In this document: positions 32,863 to 42,007 of the stretch, piece after piece
How positions within the stretch are numbered: position 1 is the first letter of the stretch
How the letters are laid out: every line of letters starts with the position of its first letter
Assembly: GCA_903884535.1 (NCBI GenBank)
Contig: CAISEZ010000050.1
Location: 16,600-80,599, forward strand
Length of the DNA: 64,000 nucleotides
Source of the DNA: an uncultured Verrucomicrobia subdivision 3 bacterium
GTDB lineage: Bacteria; Verrucomicrobiota; Verrucomicrobiia; Limisphaerales; UBA11358
Direction of reading: 5' to 3'
Notes under the pieces: generated by a model
Database searches by the model: none
Seen by the model: the letters and a program-made list of their open reading frames with translations, nothing else
What the model was told of the DNA's origin: nothing
Program-made: the position numbers and the translations under genes

Positions 32863-35157
32863 TTATTTTGCGGGCACAACTGGAGCAGCGGGTGCAGCCG
32901 GTGTGACGGGCACGGCTGGAGCAGCCGGTGTGATGCCTGCCGCCGCATCCGCGGCGGCTTTGTCGGTCTTGGCCTTGGCATCCGCAATTGCGGCGCGTTT
33001 TTCCACGACTTCCTTGGAAGGCTGGCTGCCGTATTTTCCATCGGTCCAACCGTTGAGCCTCGCCTCGCTGTCATTGAGGAATGCCCAGACGAACCAGAGC
33101 ACAAACGCCACGAGCAGGAGTTTGGGCCAGACGGCAGGTTTCTCGGCATATTCATCCGCCGCACCGAACGTTGCACCAGGCGGCAAGGCGGCGACACCAG
33201 TCAAGGCACCGCCGAACGGCACGTTCATCTTGGCCTTGGCATTCACGGCCCAGCCGTTTGCGTCGAGAATCGGACCAAGATTGCGCTTGCGCAACTTCAG
33301 CCACGCGATGGCCATGGACGGGGCGGAAATCACCAGCATCACTACGGCGATGACCAGCGGAATCTGCCACGTTTCGAATTTACCGAGCATGAGCAGCGCG
33401 CTGGCACCCGCCGCTGCCAAGCTGCCCAAGGCGACACTGATCAAGGCGATCACGCTGGGATCAAAGCCGGATTTGGCTGGGGCCGCCGGAGTGCCGGGCG
33501 TGACCGGGGCGTTGGCAACAGCGGTGAGTTGCGCGTTGGCTTTGGCATCTGCGTCAGCGGCGGCTTTGGCGGCGCGTTCTTCAATCATCCGCACCAGCTT
33601 TTTATACGGTGCCCAAAACGCCTGCCGGATGCTGATCGGATTGTCCACAATCTTGGTGATCGTGGCGTCCCAGTCGCGGCCGGCGCGGTCGTAGAAAATG
33701 CCGTTGCGGCCGACAATCAAATTGTCGGAATCGCCACCGGTGAACGCGGCAACGATGGACAATTTTTCGCCGCTGCCTTTGCGCACGCAATCGCAGTAAG
33801 CGAGATAAGTGCCGGCCATGCCCGCCATCGCGGCGTGTTTGCCGGCGTCATCCACCGTGAGGCACAGGTCGCAACTGCGCTGGTCAAGGAACAGCGTGCC
33901 GGCCTGAAAAATGGCTTTGTCCTTGCGGCCGTAAAAATCGGCGAAGTTGACGAAGTTGCGGCAGAGCTTGGCGATGTCGCGATGATAATGAATCAGCCGG
34001 TGCAGGCCGATGACGGCGGTGGAATTGCCGGCTTCGGCGGCATCCTTGGCAATCAGCGCGGTCAACGTTTCCTTGGCCTGGGTGGCGAGAATTTCCCGCG
34101 CGCGGGCCAGGCCGATTTTTTCCACCGAGCCACCGGTCTTGCTGCCATTCCAGGCGTCGAACGCGGCGAGCTTGCCGACGAGCGCGCTCCAGTCAGCCTC
34201 GGTCAAAACCGTTTTTGCGCCGAGCAGCGGCGTGATCGCTTGGGCCTGCAATGCGGCGATGGCGCCGGCCCAGGCGGGATTGATGCCTTGCGCGAGCGGC
34301 AGCGGCGTGGTGGCACCGACTTGCGCGAGCGGCAGACCGGCGATGTCGGCGTGATTGCTCGTCAAACTTTTCGCACCCAGCGCGGCGTATTCTTTTTCGT
34401 CGCGGTTCAACGCGTTGACGGAACGCGGATCAAACGCGGCGAGCCGGCCACGGGCAAAATAATCGTCCACCTTGGATTTGACGGCTTTGACCGCGGCAGC
34501 CGCGGCTTCGGTGTTCAAACCGAGCGGCAGCACCGCCGCGTCGCCTTCGGCTTTTTTCCACCAATCGGAGTAGGCGGCGGCGTCGGCAAAAAACTGGTCC
34601 ACTTTGGCCTGGTTGACGCCCGGCTTGCCGCTGGCATCCGTGACGGCGCCGACGCAATTGATGATATCGGCAATCACGGCCTTGGTCGCGTCGTCGCTCG
34701 CGGAGTCCGCCGGAATGATGCCGTCGCCATTGAACGGTTTCGCAGCAAACGTCTGCGCGGCGGCCGCGGCTTCGTCGAAAGTGACATCAGCGTTGTCAGC
34801 CTTGCCCAAAACCTGCCGCGCGAAATTGGCGATCAATTTGCCTTCCGGCGTGGCGTCATTGACCGCCGCCGGCTTGAGGGTCGGACTGTCTTTGAGCAAA
34901 TCATCAGGGTTTTTCAACAGCCCGCCCGCCCATTTCGCGGCGGCGATGAGTTCCGGGGCCCGGACGCGGCCGTCCTTGTCGGTGTCAATCAACGCCAGCG
35001 TGGCTTTGTCAAATTCGACGCCCGTGGTGGGGCACGCCAGCGCGACCCAGAGCTTCTGGTCGAGTTGATCGAGGTTCAGGAGGTCGGTTCCTGAACTGAT
35101 GACGACTTGGTTGAATCCGCCGGCGCGGAAGAATTTCCATGTGTAATTTGTGGCCAT
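32863..35157 (-). CDS. Large membrane protein of unknown function with one canonical EF-hand loop
   Basis: 764 aa from ATG 35157 (MATNYTWKFFRAGGFNQV). DTDKDGRVRAPE matches the 12-residue EF-hand loop D-x-D-x-D-G-x-[ILV]-x-x-x-E. Long soluble N-terminal region, about 3 TM helices near residues 600-720, A/P/K-rich tail. Confidence 0.7.
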   Translation of the reverse strand: MATNYTWKFFRAGGFNQVVISSGTDLLNLDQLDQKLWVALACPTTGVEFDKATLALIDTDKDGRVRAPELIAAAKWAGGLLKNPDDLLKDSPTLKPAAVNDATPEGKLIANFARQVLGKADNADVTFDEAAAAAQTFAAKPFNGDGIIPADSASDDATKAVIADIINCVGAVTDASGKPGVNQAKVDQFFADAAAYSDWWKKAEGDAAVLPLGLNTEAAAAAVKAVKSKVDDYFARGRLAAFDPRSVNALNRDEKEYAALGAKSLTSNHADIAGLPLAQVGATTPLPLAQGINPAWAGAIAALQAQAITPLLGAKTVLTEADWSALVGKLAAFDAWNGSKTGGSVEKIGLARAREILATQAKETLTALIAKDAAEAGNSTAVIGLHRLIHYHRDIAKLCRNFVNFADFYGRKDKAIFQAGTLFLDQRSCDLCLTVDDAGKHAAMAGMAGTYLAYCDCVRKGSGEKLSIVAAFTGGDSDNLIVGRNGIFYDRAGRDWDATITKIVDNPISIRQAFWAPYKKLVRMIEERAAKAAADADAKANAQLTAVANAPVTPGTPAAPAKSGFDPSVIALISVALGSLAAAGASALLMLGKFETWQIPLVIAVVMLVISAPSMAIAWLKLRKRNLGPILDANGWAVNAKAKMNVPFGGALTGVAALPPGATFGAADEYAEKPAVWPKLLLVAFVLWFVWAFLNDSEARLNGWTDGKYGSQPSKEVVEKRAAIADAKAKTDKAAADAAAGITPAAPAVPVTPAAPAAPVVPAK

Positions 35158-35256
35158 AATTTTTCCTTTTTTAATCTGAATCGGAAAGGATTCTAGCCAG
35201 AAAGGCTTCAAAACGACAAGCAAACTTTGCTGTTCATCCTAATTATGGATGAATCC

Positions 35257-36501
35257 CTATACCAGCTCCGGCTCGCTGATTTCCTTCGGCGGTTGGCCGC
35301 AAGGTCGGCCGTCGGCGCTTTCGGGATATTCGAAGATTTTTCCCTCAAAATTGCGGATGAGCACGCGGCCCGCGTTGCGGCACAAAACGTATTCAGGATT
35401 GATCGGCACCTTGCCGCCGCCGCCGGGCGCGTCAATCACATACGTGGGCACGGCGTAACCGGTCGTGTGGCCGCGCAATTTTTCCATGATCTCAAGACCT
35501 TTCGCCACGCTCGCGCGCAGGTGCGCGGAACCGGCGATCAAATCGCACTGGTAAAGGTAATACGGCTTCACGCGGCACATGAGCAGTTTTTGCATGAGCG
35601 CCTTCATCACGTCCGCGTCGTCGTTGACGTGCTTGAGCAACACACTTTGGTTGCCGAGCGGAATGCCGGCGTCGGCTAGGCGGCCCAGCGCGTCGCGCAC
35701 TTCCGTCGTCAGCTCGCGCGGATGATTCGTGTGGACGCTGATGAACAGTGGATGAAACTTTTTCAGCATCGCGCACAATTCCGGCGTGATGCGCTGCGGC
35801 AGAAAAATCGGAATGCGCGTGCCGATGCGCAAAAATTCCACGTGCGGAATCGCGCGCAGCCGGCTCAACAAATTTTCCAGTTTCTCATCGCTCAACAGCA
35901 GCGGGTCGCCGCCGCTTAACAGCACGTCGCGGATTTCCGGATGCGCGGCGATGTAGGCAATCTGCTTGTCGTATTCCGGATGGAAATCGTAGCCGCTGGC
36001 GTTGCTGACGAGCCGGGAACGCGTGCAATAACGGCAATAGCTCGCGCACCGATCCGTCACCAAAAACAAAACGCGGTCGGGATAGCGATGCACCAGCCCG
36101 GTTACCGGTGAATGTGAATCCTCGCCGCACGGATCGCTCATCTCCCACGACGCAGTGTGCGTTTCTTCGATGCGCGGCACGACCTGTTGCCGGATCGGGC
36201 AATGTTCGTCGGACGGATCAATCAGGTTGAAAAAGTAAGGCGTGATACCGAGCGCGAGCTTGTGATTGGCAAGTTTGGCCCCCGCAAATTCCTCCGGCGC
36301 CAGCGTGGGCATCAGCCGCTGAAGCTGCTCGGCGGTGGTGATGCGGTGCTTCATCTGCCAGCGCCAGTCGTTCCAGTCGCGTTCTGAAACGTCATGCCAG
36401 AAACCGCGCCCGGCTGAATGAAATGTTTTGAGTGACCGGAATGGAGCGGCCGCCGGCGGTTCCTCGGTGTTCGCGGATGATGGGTCAGCCTGCATTTTCA
36501 A
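35257..36501 (-). CDS. KamA-family radical SAM aminomutase (lysine 2,3-aminomutase-like)
   Basis: CASYCRYCTRSR (CxxxCxxC), the LLSGGDPLLL and KPYYLYQCDL blocks of the KamA/EpmB family; 414 aa. Confidence 0.85.
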   Translation of the reverse strand: MKMQADPSSANTEEPPAAAPFRSLKTFHSAGRGFWHDVSERDWNDWRWQMKHRITTAEQLQRLMPTLAPEEFAGAKLANHKLALGITPYFFNLIDPSDEHCPIRQQVVPRIEETHTASWEMSDPCGEDSHSPVTGLVHRYPDRVLFLVTDRCASYCRYCTRSRLVSNASGYDFHPEYDKQIAYIAAHPEIRDVLLSGGDPLLLSDEKLENLLSRLRAIPHVEFLRIGTRIPIFLPQRITPELCAMLKKFHPLFISVHTNHPRELTTEVRDALGRLADAGIPLGNQSVLLKHVNDDADVMKALMQKLLMCRVKPYYLYQCDLIAGSAHLRASVAKGLEIMEKLRGHTTGYAVPTYVIDAPGGGGKVPINPEYVLCRNAGRVLIRNFEGKIFEYPESADGRPCGQPPKEISEPELV

Positions 36502-36544
36502 TGGCGCACTATAATTTCGATTTTCAACCTGTCAAGTTGACCAT

Positions 36545-37924
36545 TCAAGGTCCGACCGGGTTCAAATTTTGCGGCAGCGAATCAAACTTGGTCTCGACCT
36601 CGCGGCGGCGGGCGTCCAAAACATCCATCTTTTTCAAGGTTTCCGCAAGGCCGATGGTTTCGCTCGCGGCCGCAGGATGCCGCCCGGCTGGCGTGGCTGA
36701 TGAAGAAATTTTGTTTTTCTCAAGAAATTCCGCAAGCGCGGCACGGTAGCCTTCGGCCAGCGCATCGAACGGCGGGGCCAGCCGGAAGACCGCCAGTTGC
36801 AGGTCGCGCAGCTTGGTCGGCAACACGGAATCGCGCGGCACCGGCGCAAAATTTTGCAGCGCGGACTGCAAAGAAATATCCGCATGCACCGGCAGCGCGT
36901 TGGAATCGCTGCGGAATTCCACCGGCACGGCCAGCAGTTCGGTGAGCCGGCTCCGGCTCATTTCCGCCGGCCAGCGCGGGCCGGACGCCTGCGCCGCAAA
37001 CGCGATGACGCGGATGGCCCACCATTTTTCCACGTCCAGCAGCCGCGGGAAATCCTCGTGAAAAGCGGCGAGAAACGCCGTCTGCCAGTTGCGGCAGTCC
37101 GGCAGCCGCGCCAGCAGGTCGCGGCATTTGGCCGGCCCGTTTGTCACGCCGAGCAGTTCGTGAACGAACAGTTGCGCGCTGGCGAGATAAACGCCGCCGT
37201 CGTCACCATTCAACTGGTCGTTGTCCGGCCAGCTCAACTGGTCGAAGGTCAGCGCCGGGGAATTTTGCAGCGTGCGGCGCGTGCCGGCCAGCGGATCGAA
37301 ACCGTGTTCGACCTGAAGCGAACGGCTTTGCACCAGGCCGTTCATGGTTTTGGCTGGCGCGGACAAAATGATTTTCGCCGCGTCATCGGCGAGCGCGGAC
37401 TGCGCGAGGCCGGCGGCGAGCCACGGCGGAATTTCCGCCGCATGGTCGGAGCCGGCGGGATTGTTGCGGTTGGCCATTTCCAGCAGCAGCACCGAGGCGA
37501 GCGCCCGCGCATACCGCTGGCACGGCAGCACGTCCGGCAGTTCCAGCCGGTAATTCCAGGCGTGGGCGAACGCAGCGGAGGAGACGAGCACCTCGTCGTC
37601 GGGCGACCGCGCGGGCCGCAGCGTGAGGAAAATTTTTCCGCTCCACGCCGCATCCGCCGGCAGCCCAAGCTGGTGCCAAAGCGAAACTTTGAAACGCTCG
37701 GCGGCGATGGCCAGCAGCGATGGCTCCAGCCGCACGAGATTCGTATTGGCGGCGAGGTCTGGCCGGTGCAGCAGCAGGGAAAATTCTGGCGACGCGGTGA
37801 CGACAAACTGGCCGGAAAAACTGCGGATAACGCGCGGGCTGTCGTCGGCCGGCTGGCTGCGCGCGCTGAAAACGGCCAGCAGCAGGCCGAGGAAAATCGC
37901 GCAGCGCTGGCGCGGAAAATTCAT
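36545..37924 (-). CDS. Secreted protein of unknown function
   Basis: 459 aa from ATG 37924 (MNFPRQRCAIFLGLLLAVFSARSQ signal peptide). The start overlaps the upstream stop as ATGA. The track's longer 531-aa version overlaps the FmdB gene. Confidence 0.65.
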   Translation of the reverse strand: MNFPRQRCAIFLGLLLAVFSARSQPADDSPRVIRSFSGQFVVTASPEFSLLLHRPDLAANTNLVRLEPSLLAIAAERFKVSLWHQLGLPADAAWSGKIFLTLRPARSPDDEVLVSSAAFAHAWNYRLELPDVLPCQRYARALASVLLLEMANRNNPAGSDHAAEIPPWLAAGLAQSALADDAAKIILSAPAKTMNGLVQSRSLQVEHGFDPLAGTRRTLQNSPALTFDQLSWPDNDQLNGDDGGVYLASAQLFVHELLGVTNGPAKCRDLLARLPDCRNWQTAFLAAFHEDFPRLLDVEKWWAIRVIAFAAQASGPRWPAEMSRSRLTELLAVPVEFRSDSNALPVHADISLQSALQNFAPVPRDSVLPTKLRDLQLAVFRLAPPFDALAEGYRAALAEFLEKNKISSSATPAGRHPAAASETIGLAETLKKMDVLDARRREVETKFDSLPQNLNPVGP

Positions 37925-38238
37925 TTTGCCTTGGCCGCAGGCTTGGTTTCGGCTTTGGCCGCCGGTTTGGCCTCGGGCTTGGCGGCGGGTTTGGTTTCGC
38001 CGGAATCTTTTTTGGCGGACTGTTTGTAGCCCTCGCTGCGATAATCGGTGATGTAAAACCCGCTGCCTTTGAACAGCAAACCCGCCCCGCTGCTGATCAT
38101 TTTTTTGACTTTGCCGCGGCCCCATTTTTTCTGCGCGCACAAATCCTCGGGGCAGTTTTTCAGCGGCGGGGCCGACATGGACTGCAGCAGTTCAAACTCC
38201 AGCCCGCATTTTTCGCAGGTGTATTCGTAGGTGGGCAT
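37921..38238 (-). CDS. FmdB-family zinc-ribbon protein (paralogue 3) with GSGFYxTDY block and KPAA-repeat basic tail
   Basis: MPTYEYTCEKCG...CPEDLC, then KGSGFYITDYRS and the tail KPAAKPEAKPAAKAETKPAAKAK. Confidence 0.8.
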   Translation of the reverse strand: MPTYEYTCEKCGLEFELLQSMSAPPLKNCPEDLCAQKKWGRGKVKKMISSGAGLLFKGSGFYITDYRSEGYKQSAKKDSGETKPAAKPEAKPAAKAETKPAAKAK

Positions 38239-38270
38239 GGCAAACTGGCGGAAAATTTCCCGCCGCGAAA

Positions 38271-39089
38271 TCAGTGCACGGCGGAATTGGTGGCGGTGTT
38301 CAACGGCGGAATCACGCGCACGGAACCGTCGGAGCCGACCTCCACGTTCAAGTCGTAGTTCACCGGTGCCTTGTTGGTGGTGCTGGCCGCCACCGGAACC
38401 GGATTGTGCTGCATGAGCAGCTCGGCACCCTTTTTGTTGCCGTTGTCGTTTTTCATCAACTGCAGCCGACGCGCAACGAACATTTCGTCCCGCAGTTTTT
38501 TGACCTGCGCGCGGACTTCATTGATGTCATTGAATTTGTGTTCCAGCTCGGCCTTTTGCGCCATCTGTTTTTCCAGTTCCTGCTCGATGAAAACCCGGTT
38601 AGTTTCAGCGATGGCCAACTGGTTCTGCGTGTTCTCGATGGACGTGCTCAATTGCGCGATGGTGTTGGTCAGCTCGGTGGCGCGCTGGTCAAGCACCTTG
38701 TTTTGCGTCTCCAGATCGGAAATGTGCGTGTTGAGGCTGGCAATCTGATCCTGCGCGCTCGCCAGAGTGGTCTGCGTGCTGGCCAGCGAAGCCTTGGTGC
38801 TGTTCAACGCGGCGCTGGCGGCGGCCAAGCTGTTGGAAAGCTGGTCGGCCTGTTGCTGGCTCAAAGCTAATTGCTGCTGGGCGGCGGCGAGGTCGTTGGT
38901 CAGCGCCAAATTCGTCTGGCGGAAATCGTTCAGCTGGACATTGGCGTTGACGACCTGATTGGAGAAATCAACGATGGAACTGACATCGGTCGCGTGCTGT
39001 TCGTCGCCCTGTTTTTTGGTGGCGAACAAAGCAATCCCCAGCCCGAGGCAGGCAACCGCCAGAATGACGATGGCAATCTTAATCTTCAT
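38271..39089 (-). CDS. Membrane-anchored coiled-coil protein, unknown function
   Basis: N-terminal TM (IAIVILAVACLGLGIALFA), then about 180 aa of Q/L/A/S/T-rich heptad-like sequence. Confidence 0.6.
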   Translation of the reverse strand: MKIKIAIVILAVACLGLGIALFATKKQGDEQHATDVSSIVDFSNQVVNANVQLNDFRQTNLALTNDLAAAQQQLALSQQQADQLSNSLAAASAALNSTKASLASTQTTLASAQDQIASLNTHISDLETQNKVLDQRATELTNTIAQLSTSIENTQNQLAIAETNRVFIEQELEKQMAQKAELEHKFNDINEVRAQVKKLRDEMFVARRLQLMKNDNGNKKGAELLMQHNPVPVAASTTNKAPVNYDLNVEVGSDGSVRVIPPLNTATNSAVH

Positions 39090-39133
39090 AACATCTCCAA
39101 ATTGACTGACCCTGCCTGGTTTGGCAAGTCTGG

Positions 39134-40219
39134 TTACTTGCCGGCATCCGGCATGGCTGGGGCGTTGGCCGCCGCATCCTGAGCCGCTTGATCCATGGCT
39201 TTCAAGCCCGGATCCAGAATTTCCACCTTGTATTCAGCGCGCAGATTTTTGATGTAAGCGGGCGCGACTTTGGCGATTTTCATGCGGCCGAGTCCGTCCT
39301 TGATTTCGGCGGCGGCAGTGGCGTAATCAATTTTCTTGGCCGCCTTTTTCTCAATCATCTTGATGATGTGATAGCCAAACTGCGTCGTAATCACATCGCT
39401 GATCTGATTGGCCGACAGGCTGAATGCGGCGGCTTCAAACTCCGGCACCATCTGGCCGCGCGGAAAATCCGGCAGCTCGCCGTTGTTTTCCCGCGAGCCG
39501 GGGTCTTCGGAATATTGCTTGGCCAGCGCACCGAAATCTTCGCCCGCCTTGGCGCGCTTGAGGATCTCGTCAATCTGTTTGCGTTTGGCGGCGATCGTGT
39601 TGGTCGAAAGCGACGTGTGGTTGGCCGGATCAATGGTCATCAGCAAAATGTGCCGCACATGCGCCGTTTCCGGTTCCTCGAAATCCGCCGAATGGTTTGT
39701 GTAATAGGCTTGCGCGTCCGCCTCGCTGACGCTGATGTTCAATTCGCGTTTCAGCGCCGCCTTGGCCACGGCTTCCTGCTTGGCCTTGCCGCGCAGCTCG
39801 TCCACCGTCATGCCCACCGCCGTCAACTGGCGCTGGAACGCTTCCGCCGAGCCGAACCGCTTGAGCAAATTGGTGTATTGCAGATCCGCTTCAGCCTGGC
39901 CCGCCAACTGATCCGCCGCCGTCGCTTTTTGCAACAGCAGTTGGATCGTGGTCAACTGGTTCAGCACCGACACCTGAAAATCCGGCGGCAACTGCTGACC
40001 CTGCGCCGCCGCGTTGGCCTTCGCGCCGGAAACCACTTCGTCCAGCGCGCTGCGCTTGATCGTGAAGCCGGTGCCCTGGACGATCACCGGGTCGCCAAAT
40101 AATTTCGTCATCGCATCCGCCGCGCTGTCGTTGGTGCTGACCACGGCGGGGGCCGTGGCGGCTTGGGCGGAAAGCACTCCCGCGACGCACGCGGCCAAAA
40201 CTGTCAGTTTCAATTTCAT
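39134..40219 (-). CDS. Periplasmic peptidyl-prolyl isomerase (SurA/PrsA-like, parvulin domain)
   Basis: Signal peptide MKLKLTVLAACVAGVLSAQA and parvulin block VRHILL...GELPDFPRGQMVPEFEAAAF...TQFGYHIIK. Confidence 0.8.
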   Translation of the reverse strand: MKLKLTVLAACVAGVLSAQAATAPAVVSTNDSAADAMTKLFGDPVIVQGTGFTIKRSALDEVVSGAKANAAAQGQQLPPDFQVSVLNQLTTIQLLLQKATAADQLAGQAEADLQYTNLLKRFGSAEAFQRQLTAVGMTVDELRGKAKQEAVAKAALKRELNISVSEADAQAYYTNHSADFEEPETAHVRHILLMTIDPANHTSLSTNTIAAKRKQIDEILKRAKAGEDFGALAKQYSEDPGSRENNGELPDFPRGQMVPEFEAAAFSLSANQISDVITTQFGYHIIKMIEKKAAKKIDYATAAAEIKDGLGRMKIAKVAPAYIKNLRAEYKVEILDPGLKAMDQAAQDAAANAPAMPDAGK

Positions 40220-40276
40220 TTTATAATTTAATTTTCGATTCGACTCAAATTTTTCGGTTTGGTTCAAACAACAGAT

Positions 40277-41875
40277 TTATAACTTTACCACTTTAACATT
40301 GCTGATGTCATTGTCTTTTTGCAGTTCTTCGAGGACGGCCGCCGGCGGCACGCTGTCCAGGCTCAACACCGTCAAGGCCAGACCACCCGCCGTGTCGCGG
40401 CCCAGGCTCATGCTCGCGATGTTCACTTTGTGCTTCGCCAGCAATGTTCCAAGGTGGCCGACGATGCCCGGCTTGTCCGTGTTATTCAGCAACAGCAACG
40501 TGCCGGTGACCGGAATTTCCACCGACTGGCTGAACAGCCGCACGATGCGCGGATTGTTCGGCGAACCGAAGAATGTGCCGCCCGCCGAAACCAGTTTCTT
40601 GCCATTGCTGAACGCCTGGACGTGAACCCATTCGTTGAACGTCACCGGCTCGTCCGATTTTTTCTCCTCGACCGTGATGCCGATGCTCTGCGCCACGCTG
40701 CGGACATTGACGTTGTTCACGTCCTTCAAATTGCTCGTGGACAAAAAACCGCGCAGCACCGCGCGCGTGACCGGGTCAATGTTCGGCAGCAGCCGCGCAT
40801 TGCCGCCGTAAGTGATGTGCAATTTGTCCGCGCTGGCGGGTGTGAGCTGTGCCAACAATTTGCCGAGCGCTTCGCCGAGCGGCAGATACGGCTTTACCTG
40901 GTCGTAGGTTTTCGCGTCGAGATACGGCAGGTTGACCGCGTTGCGGACTTCGCCGGTGAGCAGATAGCCGGCAATAACTTCGGCGACTTCAATGCCGCAT
41001 TTTTCCTGCGCTTCTTCGGTGCTCGCGCCGAGGTGCGGCGTCAAAATCAAATTCGGCTGTTTGCGATACGGATGATCGGCCGGCAACGGTTCGACGGCGA
41101 AAACATCCAGCGCCGCGCCGGCCACTTTGTTGGATTCCAGCGCTGCGATCAAATCGGCTTCCGAAATGATTTCGCCGCGCGCGCAGTTCACAATCTTCAC
41201 GCCGGGCTTCATTTTGGCGAACGCAGCGGCGTTCAGCATTTCCTTGGTTTCTTTCGTCACCGGCATGTGGACGGTGATGAAATCGGCTTCGCGGTAAACA
41301 TGGTCGAGTTCCGGCGCGAATTCCGCGCCGATGGCTTTAGCGCGGTCTTCGGTCAAATACGGATCGTAAGCCACAACGCGCATGCCGAAGGCGATGGCGC
41401 GCTTGGCCACTTCGGTGCCGATGCGGCCCATGCCGAGCACGCCGAGCGTTTTGCCGGCGAGTTCCACGCCCTGAAACAATTTGCGGTCCCATTTGCCGGC
41501 GACCATCGTCGCGTGGGCCTGCGGCACCTTGCGTGCAAGCGAAAGCAGCATGGTGAAGCTCAATTCCGCCGTCGTCACTGTGTTGCCGCCGGGCGTGTTC
41601 ATGACGACTGTGCCGTTTTGCGTGGCGGCTTCGATGTCCACATTATCCACGCCCACGCCGGCGCGGCCGACCACGCGCAATTGCTTGGCGGCGGCGATGA
41701 TTTTGGCGGTGACCTTGGTTTCCGAGCGGACGACCAGCGCCGTGGCGTCAGCCACGAGCGGAATCAATTCCGCTTCCGTCAGGCGTTTTGGCAGCACGAC
41801 GACGTTGAATTCCGGACGTTGTTGCAGCAGTTGGATGCCTTTCGGCGAAATGGGGTCGCAAATGATGATTTTCAT
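40277..41875 (-). CDS. serA: D-3-phosphoglycerate dehydrogenase (long form with ASB + ACT domains)
   Basis: GVLGMGRIGTEVAKRA NAD motif, the PHLGASTEEAQ catalytic His region, C-terminal ACT (LLLLNNTDKPGIVGHLGTLL); 532 aa. Confidence 0.9.
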   Translation of the reverse strand: MKIIICDPISPKGIQLLQQRPEFNVVVLPKRLTEAELIPLVADATALVVRSETKVTAKIIAAAKQLRVVGRAGVGVDNVDIEAATQNGTVVMNTPGGNTVTTAELSFTMLLSLARKVPQAHATMVAGKWDRKLFQGVELAGKTLGVLGMGRIGTEVAKRAIAFGMRVVAYDPYLTEDRAKAIGAEFAPELDHVYREADFITVHMPVTKETKEMLNAAAFAKMKPGVKIVNCARGEIISEADLIAALESNKVAGAALDVFAVEPLPADHPYRKQPNLILTPHLGASTEEAQEKCGIEVAEVIAGYLLTGEVRNAVNLPYLDAKTYDQVKPYLPLGEALGKLLAQLTPASADKLHITYGGNARLLPNIDPVTRAVLRGFLSTSNLKDVNNVNVRSVAQSIGITVEEKKSDEPVTFNEWVHVQAFSNGKKLVSAGGTFFGSPNNPRIVRLFSQSVEIPVTGTLLLLNNTDKPGIVGHLGTLLAKHKVNIASMSLGRDTAGGLALTVLSLDSVPPAAVLEELQKDNDISNVKVVKL

Positions 41876-42007
41876 ATTTTTAAAATCCTAAAGCAAAACG
41901 GACTGCCAGTTTAGGTCACGGTTCGAAACAGGTCAAACAGTGAAATCCACTTTTCACCACACAAAAATCGCTGTTCGTCTGGCAAAAAGGGTTTATCCTC
42001 GTTCACA

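Noticed and set aside
36545-37924. Zinc metalloprotease call for the secreted 459-aa protein, based on VHELLG.
   Set aside because: The motif is HExxG, not HExxH, and there is no downstream third ligand pattern. This is insufficient for a peptidase call.
37921-38000. KPAA-coding periodic DNA (ggcttggtttcggctttggccgccggtttggcc...) considered as an independent DNA repeat element.
   Set aside because: It is explained by the in-frame Lys/Pro/Ala-repeat tail of FmdB paralogue 3. The periodicity is in multiples of 3.
41960-42007. Sigma-54 promoter (ctggcaaaaagggttta) upstream of the NtrC-family gene.
   Set aside because: A GG is present, but the -12 GC element at the right spacing (TGGCAC-N5-TTGC) is absent.
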